A stretch of 8,890 nucleotides of DNA. It comes from Amoeboaphelidium protococcarum X5 (Eukaryota; Fungi; Aphelidiomycota). This document shows positions 1-7,673 of the stretch, one piece after another. The first letter of the stretch is position 1; every line of letters starts with the position of its first letter. The position numbers were made by a program, and so were the translations under genes. Below the pieces are notes generated by a model that made no database searches, had not been told where the DNA came from, and saw only the letters and a program-made list of their open reading frames with translations. The stretch is from the NCBI GenBank assembly GCA_023515725.1, contig JALDTO010000210.1:1-8890 (forward strand). The letters are read 5' to 3'.

Positions 1-497
1 TTAAGTAAATGATTTAAAGCTGATGTCATGGTATATACTACAAAAGATCATCGTTACAGCTGTTACTAGAATTGATATCACTCAACTTTAAAACCTGAAA
101 CAATTGATGAGACTGTCACCAACCTACAGCTGACCACGATTTGATTTACGATACAGATTCACAGGCTGCCCAACCCTCCCTGTATCCATCGTGACCACAT
201 CGGGTATTGAGCTATCAGAGACGCCTTCTTGGACGGAATTCGGCAGGTCTCTCTTCGTCATTAGCATTTCTGAAGAGGAAGATGTCACTGATGTTCCTCG
301 CAGCGTTGATAACACGATTTCATATAGTCATACTACAAAAGTTTAAGCTTAAAGTGCTCATCATTCAATCAATTACATTAGGGCATAAGATTATTAAGAG
401 AATATAAAACAGGGGTTGGGTAGATAAAATATAAATAGGAATAATGTAAAGAACAACTTTTCGTTTGATGTTAATAGAAAAACTGTGGTTGACAACT

Positions 498-1376
498 TCA
501 TTCTGCTGATAGTCTTTCCAGTTCTTCGACCTACAACTCGTCCATTACGCGGACCTTGGTGTAGATAGGCTACCCATCAATATATCCTGAAATAAATTAG
601 GGAATTCTCTTCCTTACAGAACCAGAACGAGCCTACTTCTTCGACGATGCGTCTTCCCTCTTCCTCTTCCGACCTTACTCCTTCTCACAGGTAAATGCGT
701 CAGTAGAGGATGCCTGGATACTCTTCAAAGGCGTCGCTTCCACAGCCATAGGATTCAAGGAAGAGATTAAATCGTCTTCTCCACAAGCCAGCAAGCATAT
801 CGTAATTACTTGCATAATGACACTGGTCATGACTTGGAGAGTATAAGAACGCGCCACCCTATCTCTAGAGTAAGGCTCATCATTCTAATAAGAATTGCCG
901 CTAACAAAAGGCCAGGTGAATATCGCATCTCGACTATCATTCTCAACGAACACTTTAAAACATTTCTACGAGAGAGTATAGTGGGACACCGAGTGCGATA
1001 TAAAGTGCAAAGCGTTTAGATCCCGCGAGAACCATGGTGCCATAATTTAGAGACTGGAAAGACGGCAGCTCTTTTGGCCTCAGTCGCTAACAAAGGATTA
1101 CCGGATAAACCTTTAAATATAGTGTCGGATTAACCACGAACATCATAGGTGGGATGTGCGAACAGGGCACCGACCACAAAAGGACTAGAATACGCGCGAG
1201 CGACGTGAATACCTAATGAAACTCCAATATTTATAACCACGTCCTCAAATGCGCTTTGGACCACAATCTCAGGTCTATTATTGTTGAAGTATGAGTGACG
1301 TCAGGATTAGAACGACTTGGAACTGAATGGATTAGTGGCGCAGCAATACACCATCATCATCATCGATTACGAACAT
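498..1376 (-). pseudogene. PD-(D/E)xK restriction-endonuclease-fold protein (Crinkler-type REase-like), frameshifted
   Basis: With TAR=Gln, the frame from about 1300 reads HSYFNNNRPEIVVQSAF...YDVRGQSDTIFKGLSGNPLLATEAKRAAVFPVSKLWHHGSRGIQTLCTLYRTRCPTIL. After a frameshift at the CTCTCT run (about 970-976) it continues SQKCFKVFVENDSRDAIFTWPF...GRKRKREDASSKK...PQFISGYIDGQPIYTKVRVMDELQVEELERLSAE to TGA at 498-500. SD...ATEAK fits a PD-(D/E)xK core and RKRKR looks like an NLS. The 5' part (1300-1376) needs further frameshifts and is uncertain. Confidence 0.65.
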
Positions 1377-1472
1377 TGATTATCATTGATTTAATATGTA
1401 ACTTTTGCCACCATATTATATCGTATATTATCGTATATCTATTATATTGAAAGATTACCAGTCGAAGTAAGC

Positions 1473-1886
1473 ATGTCTGATTCTCGAATGAAGTTTAAGG
1501 AGTTAAAAGATTTCGTGTTTTTCCCTGTCTGGTTCCAGAATATCTTAGGAGAAATGGAAGTTAAGAATGTGAGTAAGATGATCAAGGCGAATTACACTGT
1601 ACCAAAAGCGAATGAGCTGAAGTCATTGCCGCCGAACGCTTCTGATATTGAGAAGTAACAATACGCTAAGTATATTGCTCTCGAACTTATTACGGCAATG
1701 AGATATCAAGACTCTAATTGAACGTAGGTATAGACATTTGACGCGTAAATTAGTATTAATTAAGTACTAATAGAAATAATCAATGACTCAGAACAAAAGA
1801 GGGTTATGAGTTTGCCACCGGTGAAATCAGTAACACAGAAAAACACCGTTTTGGGGATGTATAGGTTAGATCTACTCAAAAGAAAA
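1473..1886 (+). pseudogene. Possible Ty1/copia-like Gag N-terminal fragment
   Basis: The listed ORFs at 1473 and 1806 share a frame and join under TAR=Gln, except for one TGA at 1719-1721. MSDSRMKFKELKDFVFFPVWFQNILGEMEVKNVSKMIKANYTVP...ISINQVLIEIINDSEQKRVMSL...TVLGMYRL loosely resembles copia Gag N-termini, and it lies directly upstream of a PPT-like tract and an LTR-like segment. Confidence 0.35.
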
Positions 1887-1916
1887 TGTCGGAGTCAGAG
1901 TCGGAGTCGGAGTCAG
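1887..1916 (+). repeat. Degenerate hexamer tandem repeat (GAGTCG/GAGTCA)
   Basis: The sequence is tgtcggagtcagagtcggagtcggagtcag. It begins with the same TGTCGGAG found at 1925 and 1952. Confidence 0.8.
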
Positions 1917-1924
1917 GGGGCACA

Positions 1925-2164
1925 TGTCGGAGCCGTCGCAAGAAATCATCGTGTCGGAGACAGGTCGCTGAAACAAATAGCTACAAGTCGCAACTATTCT
2001 ACTTTGCAGTAAAAGCTAGTGGTTAGAATACGTAAGCCACTGTTGTAGAATAAATCTAGTGGTACTTGGCGATGAGGTGAGGAGCGTAGTTTACAAATCC
2101 TCTGGCTAATGCAACAACTGAGCCACCTTCTACTAAGCCTCTTCCAGCGCATCTGCCAACGACA
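1925..2164 (+). mobile_element. Probable retrotransposon LTR (3' LTR, 240 bp)
   Basis: Starts TGTCG (1925) and ends CGACA (2160-2164), giving TG...CA with 5-bp inverted termini. It is preceded by a purine tract AGGGGG (1915-1920) resembling a PPT and contains AATAAA at 2049-2054. No partner LTR or TSD is visible in the window. Confidence 0.5.
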
Positions 2165-2356
2165 TAATTGTTATTACTATTTCCTATGCTTTATAAATAC
2201 AAATTTAACAACACAACTAGCACTGTAACAGCCTATAATCGATGAACGACTATTCGCGCGCTTCCTTGTTTAGGAAAGTGAAACAACAGGATTGAGCAAT
2301 GCAATTTAACTCACTGTATTGAAGATATACTGTAATCACAATCCCAATCTCAGCTA

Positions 2357-3934
2357 TCAATCAAGATCCAAGTCAACAAATTCAACAATTCTGCCGTCCG
2401 CTTTCTCAGCCATTTCAAAGTCAATAATGCGGACGCGTCCACTACTGTCGACGGTCATATTCGCAGGTCTCAAATCTCCATGTCTATAACCAAGAGCATG
2501 GATTTTATCAAGAGCCTCTTGAACATCAGCTTCGCGTTCACTACACTACTCAGTAGTCATAGATTATCCAACATTTTCCAACACGATAACCAGCAGCATA
2601 CTGCATAAAGTACCGTACGCGATAAACCGTGGAATCACCGTGCCTTGCAAAGATTCTAGAGCTTTGTACACTTCAACCTCATTATTAAACTATTCTAATG
2701 CATCTGGTTTCTTTGACAAGTCCACAGTCTTGAAAATGACTCCTACTTCATCTGCATAATTGCCTATAGCAACCGCACCAAATCTACCGCGATAAATTAT
2801 ATTCGTCCAATGGCAGTAAGCATTCAGATCGACTGACTAGTAATTAACTACACGAGCTTTTCTGATGAGAGCCGGACTAACGACCTTGCTGCTATGCGGT
2901 GAAGCGTGCATCCAATCATTAGCAGAGCTCTCAATCAAAGACAGCAAGTAGATCCATGCAGCTACTAATGTGTACGGCTATCTCTAAGAACATTTGATGA
3001 CAGGAGAACACTCCAACACTGATCTCCCTTCCTGTTCAGGATCTTCAACTCTGCGAAGAAACACCGTCTCGTTAAAGGTAGTAAGAACACCATAGCGGTG
3101 GCGATTTAGAGCCATGTAGACGTAGACCTACTCAACCGCTCTTATGATCTTGCCTTTTTCAACCTTATCAGCAGCGTCGGTGCGCTTTTATTTCCTTTAC
3201 TTCCTAGTCTCAAAGTCAACGTATTCTTAATTGTATCTCGGAATCAAATCAACAAGACTTTTAATCGCCCAAGGAGTCTTTAACTCCACTGTTAGTTTTG
3301 GAAGACCTTCATATCTATTGGTAGCCCAAACCAGATCTGGATCTCCCATTACTTTGGCGGCTGATTTAAATAGAAATCCGCAGTTACTGCCAAAATACGC
3401 GTAACTTTCATGGCCAGAGAGAGATTGACAGCATTCACTAATTATATCAAGTGGTCGTCTCACGTACTCTGATTAAACTTCAACCTCACTGTATACAAAC
3501 TGATCTTTTGCCAATGGTACATTTCTACCAAACTTTTAATCAGGTACCTGAGCAATGAAATCTACAGCCCCTTAGTCAAAGTCGGCCCAGACGCGTAAAT
3601 CAAGTTGCGTGATATCAGGATACTTTTTGCTAACACTTGTTGTAGTTTATTAGCCACTTCTTTGAACTCCAACACGGCATTCCTTAAGAGTGATATTGAC
3701 AGCATCATAGACAGTCTTCAGCGCCTTATTCTGTGACTCGACAAGATACTGAAAAATGTCATGCCCACGCAAACTATATTTCTGCGTCAGCTACTCCCTA
3801 GTTAAGAAAAACCAATTTTAATAAGCCAGCAACTGCTTTTCTTCAAGCTCATTGATCAACTATTCTGGTTTAGGTTGCAGAGAGTTCAGATACTCTAAAA
3901 GGCCCTAGACTTCTTCTTCATTAACCTCAGACAT
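2357..3934 (-). CDS. Intact 525-aa PD-(D/E)xK nuclease plus protein kinase-like fusion (Crinkler-effector-like REase-kinase), translation table 6
   Basis: A single frame runs from ATG 3934 to TGA 2357-2359 with about 19 internal TAA/TAG and no TGA or frameshift. It has a helical N-terminal header (MSEVNEEEVQGLLEYLNSL...LTREQLTQKYSLRGHDIFQYL) and nuclease motifs VMGDPDLV, VELKTPW and IRAVEQVYVYMALNRHRYGVLTT. Kinase motifs are RGRFGAV, VIFK, FNNEVEVYKALESLQGTVIPRF, HGDLRPAN and IIDFEMA. Confidence 0.9.
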
Positions 3935-4165
3935 TGCTTATATTTCAACAGATAAATCAGAAAATGACGCCAAGATGGAAGAAAAGTTACTCGTGATTCG
4001 AGGGCCAAATCGAAAATTGATCTCTGTCCAATCAGTGAAGTGGAGTAAGTCACGCGTAAAAATTGTGACTGTATACGATTATAATTTTGGCTGTCATAAC
4101 TAATAATATGGCAGAGCGCGTAAAATGTCATTGCACTTAAAAACAATGAATTTACGTAATGCAAT
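3935..4165. promoter_or_regulatory. Putative divergent promoter with a CCAAT box and CGCGTAAAA (MCB/E2F-like) motifs
   Basis: There are 231 bp between divergent ATGs. CCAAT lies at 4028-4032, ACGCGT at 4052-4057, and CGCGTAAAA at both 4053-4061 and 4117-4125. Confidence 0.35.
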
Positions 4166-4627
4166 ATGGCGGGTGGTGCTCAATGGCCAGAGTTTATTAA
4201 CGGCTCTAAAGACTTGCAGTGTAGAGACTTTGACCGTACAAAGAACAGTGATCAAGTTGATGCACGTGGTGAATTGAGAAAAGTTCTCGCCGATGGAAGG
4301 GAGGAGACTCGATATTTAGCAGTTGAGGCCAAATGCAAAAAAAGCATGGTTTCTATTGAAGAAATTTAAAAGGCTCTGTTACGCATACGCGATGATACAG
4401 ATGTAACGTTACTGGTTGGGACGTCTTTTGACAGTGATTACTTTAAAAACAAGTCATTTGCCGAATTTGCCTCTAAAAATGCAGCTCTGCAGGATTGTAA
4501 ATTCTTGAAAGTGTCTTTGACAAGTGAACCTCCTTCTTTTAGTTTCCTAAAGCGCTTTAAACTGTCATTTTAAGACGGTTTACCTCGTCGTTTAGTGGTC
4601 TTCATTGAAATTGGACAGTTAAAGTGA
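4166..4627 (+). CDS. 153-aa PD-(D/E)xK nuclease-fold protein, possibly the 5'-truncated C-terminal domain of a Crinkler-like gene
   Basis: The listed ORF 4166-4369 extends through two TAA codons to TGA 4625-4627. It reads MAGGAQWPEFING...RTKNSDQVDARG...YLAVEAKCKKSMVSIEEIQKALLRIRDDTDVTLLVG...RRLVVFIEIGQLK. The D...AVEAK motif followed by a helix and a strand fits the REase fold. Confidence 0.65.
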
Positions 4628-4959
4628 ATTTATGAGTGATTGCAATCAAATTATTATCATTGTTCAGTTTTTAATGTCGGATTCTACATTGACGCACTTT
4701 ACAATGTTTCAAGACTGCTCAATCAGTTCAACAATTTTAGATCTTCTTCATCTAGTGCTTTGAGCGCAACTCCAAGCAAAACAGAGCGAACGAAACTGTT
4801 ACTACAATAATAATGTGCTATCATTTTCTATTAGAATACTGATTTATTGCATTATATAAATAACTTAATCTATTTTATCAAGAAGCTGAATTGCAAAGTT
4901 GATCTCCTACTGATTGTGTGTGAGACGATTTAGGGCAAGCCCCGTGGCTGGAAGCAGTG

Positions 4960-6626
4960 CTACTCGAAAGATGGATGGTAAAGTTTACCAACTTAATCAG
5001 TCTGCGATTTTGATCTCTTTTCTCAACCTTCTCTAAAAACTGCCATTAATACATTTTATATCACAATTTGTGATTTCCAAAGATTAACTAGTAAACATTA
5101 TTAAAGCTTAGTTTATAATAGAATAATCGTGCTGTTAACCCACGCAGTGAGGATAGTACCAACCTGCTCAGATAAAATCTTTTAGATTTATACGAACGTA
5201 GAGGTGATTTTGGTGTTAGTCTTAATTTAAATCTGATGGATTTTGTGAAACTGTTCAACGTGAAAAAAGACTACAGTGGTCAAGAGTTTCCCTCAAGACT
5301 GTCTAATGCGGAGGAATTTGTTGTAATTTCTTATCCAAAGTTGTCATTTCATCCAACTTATAGAGCATTGCAGCTTTAGTATTGTCGTTTAATGCTAATG
5401 AAGTATCATTTTTTTGTCTGCCGCTGATGAAACTCAAATTTTAGATGTGGAAGAGCCTGGTAATGATGCAATTACGCGCTGGCATGCGTTTCTTAGAGAA
5501 TCTCCTCCTGAGGTCAGATCTGTGGTTGAATTTTAGAAGGATTTGAGTGAGTAGCTTGAGGAAGTACGCATAAATGGTTTGTTAACTCAAGATTAGTATT
5601 TGTTGGATGAAGTTGCTTATTACAGAGCTGAGTGGATGGGATTGTCTGAATTTCTCCCTAATGTAGCGCAAACTGATGAAGATGCGCCTTAAGTAGACGA
5701 TAATTTCGACTTTAATAAGGACAGAGCCAATTTCTGCGAGGTTGAGATTAGTGACATGGTATCGTGGTTGAGGCGTGTTAAACTGCATGCAGATGTTGAT
5801 TCCCACACTCCTGATGTCAATCCACACAGCCTTAATGAAAAGTAATTGGCCGACTTCAAAATAGTCTCTCAGCATCTCCGAGATAATTAACCTTATGCCC
5901 TCAGACTAATTATCAATGGTACTGCTGGAGTAGGTAAATCTCACACCATAAATGCTTTGTCCACTCTTCTTGGAGATTAGCTATTGCGCGCTGCTCCCTG
6001 TACCAAAGCTGCTTTTCTTATCTAAGGAGTAACTTTGCACTCCTTGCTCAAATTGCCTGTTCGCTCTAAATATCTGAAGCCGCTGTCCGCAAATATGCCG
6101 ACTGAACTGTATGATAAGTTTTGAAATGTTGATTTTTTATAGTAGATGAATACTCTATGTGTTCTTTGAAGATGATCCACTGGATAGATAGAAGGCTGCG
6201 CTAAATCAAGTCTAAGGATGAAATATTTGGCGCTATCAACTTGATATTTGTCGGAGATCTGGCTCAATTAGTGCCTGTTGGTGGAAGTCCGGTCTTCTCA
6301 TAATCTTGCTCCTCAACAAGTGCCATGGCTGGAAAGACTGCGTACCAGACTTTTGACCATATAGTCAATTTGACAGAAATGATGCGCGTACAGAACACGG
6401 ATAATGATTCTCTTTAGGCTCGTTTTATACAACTATTGCAAGGAACAGAGATGGGGACTGTACAGTAGATGATTGGCGTCTCTTACTTAGTAGAACACCT
6501 GCCAGTATCGGTATGGATGAGTTTCGTTAATTTGATAATGCGACCAGATTAGTTGTGCACAATGCATCTGTTAATAAGTATAACACCTAAAAATTGGTTT
6601 CTTTAAACCGGCCAGTTGTAAGAATC
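4960..6626 (+). mobile_element. Decayed Helitron-like RepHel fragment: inter-domain region plus PIF1-family SF1 helicase (N-terminal half)
   Basis: Linker motifs are NLLDLYERR...LNLMDFV and VVISYPKLS...QYCRLMLMKYH. PIF1 motifs are LNEKQ, GTAGVGKS (5918-5941), AAPCTKAAFLIQGVTLHSLL, IVDEYSM, IDRRLRQ, FGAINLIFVGDLAQLVPV, VNLTEMMR and RDGDCTVDDWRLLLSR. Lesions are frameshifts near 5415, 6137 and 6443 and a TGA at 6122-6124. It ends abruptly at PVVRI (6626). The 5' boundary is approximate and no HUH domain was seen. Confidence 0.8.
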
Positions 6627-7269
6627 TGTCCAAAACTTATTAAAAATAGCAGATTAAGTGGGTTTAGTCCCAAGATCTAGAGGGTCAGGAGTCCCTAAAC
6701 CAGCAAGGGAACTGCCTTCTTATTGATTAAACAAATTTAAACATTCAGAAGGCGTCTCATTAGCATCTTACTTACAAATAAGATGGTAAATATCAATCTC
6801 ATTAGCAACCAAACTTTCGTTAGTTAAATAAAACTCACCAGAAATGCTTTATAAATAATAATTAGTATTCCTTATATTATTAGAAGGAATAGCACCAGTA
6901 GTCAAGTGACCAGGATTAGGATTAGCAGATACAATTCTCCAAACTTTCGTTAGTTTAATTAGCCATACATTATAAACTTGTATAACTTTAATTGCCAGCA
7001 GGACTTCCAATTGAACTCGTAAAATTCTAAGTAAGATTGATCTTTTAGCTCAATATCTTGTAACCTTTGAATATGCGAGAAGGCTTATGAGAATAATTAT
7101 TATAAGCAGAGGCACCTGTGTCAAGATCGCGCTTGTAACCAGAAATCTGTACAGTTCTAGCTTTCCCTGGAGGACGCTTAGATTGTCTCTTTCGTTTATA
7201 GGTAGATAACTTGCGTCCATATTTACGTTTGCGTTGAAAACGCTGTTTTCGGTATCTGCTGCGGTACAT
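6627..7269 (-). pseudogene. cap: CRESS virus capsid protein, 3'-truncated, two frameshifts
   Basis: ATG 7269 begins a basic arm, MYRSRYRKQRFQRKRKYGRKLSTYKRKRQSKRPPGK, and the frame continues through TAR codons to ...SLQCMANQTNESL. After a shift near 6945 it reads ...NYYLQSISGEFYLTNESLVANEIDIYHLICKQDANETP..., and after a shift near 6680 LGTKPTQSAIFNKFW. About 9 TAR and no TGA lie along this path. Its position divergent from Rep supports the call. Confidence 0.75.
6809..6955 (+). repeat. Perfect 17-bp direct repeat CCAAACTTTCGTTAGTT, copies 130 bp apart
   Basis: The copies are at 6809-6825 and 6939-6955. Confidence 0.95.
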
Positions 7270-7370
7270 TTCTATGGAGAAAGAAGAAAGGAACAACAAA
7301 CAACCTCTTATAGGAGGTAGACGGAAGACGGTAGACGTCGATGTAGTAAGTAAGAATAAAAACCAACACA
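7270..7370. promoter_or_regulatory. Viral intergenic region with a small hairpin and iteron-like repeats
   Basis: ACCTC-ttatag-GAGGT lies at 7303-7318, and GGTAGACG occurs at 7316-7323 and 7330-7337. No NANTATTAC nonanucleotide was found here. Confidence 0.45.
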
Positions 7371-7673
7371 ATGACAGCTCCTCAAGCAAGATATTATGTG
7401 CTAACTATACCTTTTGCTAGTAGCTATGAGCCTAGTATTAGAGATGATCTGGTATATCTAAAAGGCCAACAGGAAATGGGAGAAGGAGGCTACCATCACT
7501 ATTAAATACTGGCAGTCTTTAAGAAGAAAGTGACTATGACCAGGGCGAAAACATACTTCAATGCTGAGACACACCTAGAAGCTTCTCGCTCTGACGCGGC
7601 TGATGCATATGTATGGAAGGAAGAGACCAGAGTAGAAGGTACCCAATTTGAACTTGGTAACAAACCCGCAAGA
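7371..7673 (+). CDS. rep: CRESS virus replication initiator, HUH endonuclease domain only (SF3 helicase missing); frame stays open to TGA 7893-7895
   Basis: It reads MTAPQARYYVLTIP (motif I)...YLKGQQEMGEGGYHHY[TAA=Q]ILAVF (motif II)...HLEASRSDAADAYVWKEETRVEGTQFELGNKPAR (motif III YxxK). No Walker A or B follows, and the downstream bases are antisense transposase sequence. Confidence 0.9.

Larger units (their letters stand above)
6627..7673. mobile_element. Endogenous CRESS ssDNA virus fragment (5' capsid + intergenic region + 5' Rep, ambisense)
   Basis: A capsid-like gene with an Arg/Lys-rich start and an HUH Rep gene diverge from a 101-bp intergenic region. Both are truncated at their 3' ends by unrelated transposon sequence. 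Confidence 0.88.

Noticed and set aside
1-410. Listed ORFs 124-315 and 207-407, a faint Gag-like phrase (AIRDAFLDGIRQVSLRH), and a 12-bp repeat ATACTACAAAAG at 35 and 330
   Set aside because: The Gag-like frame is broken by TGA stops, no frame carries a convincing motif, and an AT-rich 12-mer could recur by chance.
810-1019. Listed 69-aa plus-strand ORF
   Set aside because: It is an antisense shadow of the minus-strand nuclease pseudogene.
1410-1450. Short TATTATCGTA-like tandem duplication and possible primer-binding site upstream of gag
   Set aside because: It is low-complexity AT-rich slippage, and no 5' LTR or recognisable PBS could be supported.
3895-4164. Listed 89-aa minus-strand ORF
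   Set aside because: It spans the promoter spacer, overlaps the nuclease-kinase start out of frame, and has no recognisable motifs.
5582-6267. Listed minus-strand ORFs 5582-5875 and 6022-6267
   Set aside because: They are antisense shadows of the PIF1 helicase region.
7270-7389. Hydrophobic N-terminal extension of listed ORF 7045-7389 as a signal peptide
   Set aside because: It depends on a non-ATG start and spans the intergenic region and the Rep start. ATG 7269 directly precedes the basic capsid arm.
7433-7441. TAGTATTAG, one mismatch from the CRESS nonanucleotide TAGTATTAC
   Set aside because: It lies inside Rep coding sequence with no flanking stem, and similar TAGTATT words occur elsewhere in the window (for example 1751 and 6863).
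2357-7673. RIP-like CpA-to-TpA mutation as the source of in-frame TAA/TAG
   Set aside because: RIP would also convert His, Trp and Met codons and deplete CA/TG. The HGD, HHY, TPW and YVWK motifs are intact, CA/TG remain common, and the 525-aa gene has no other lesion.
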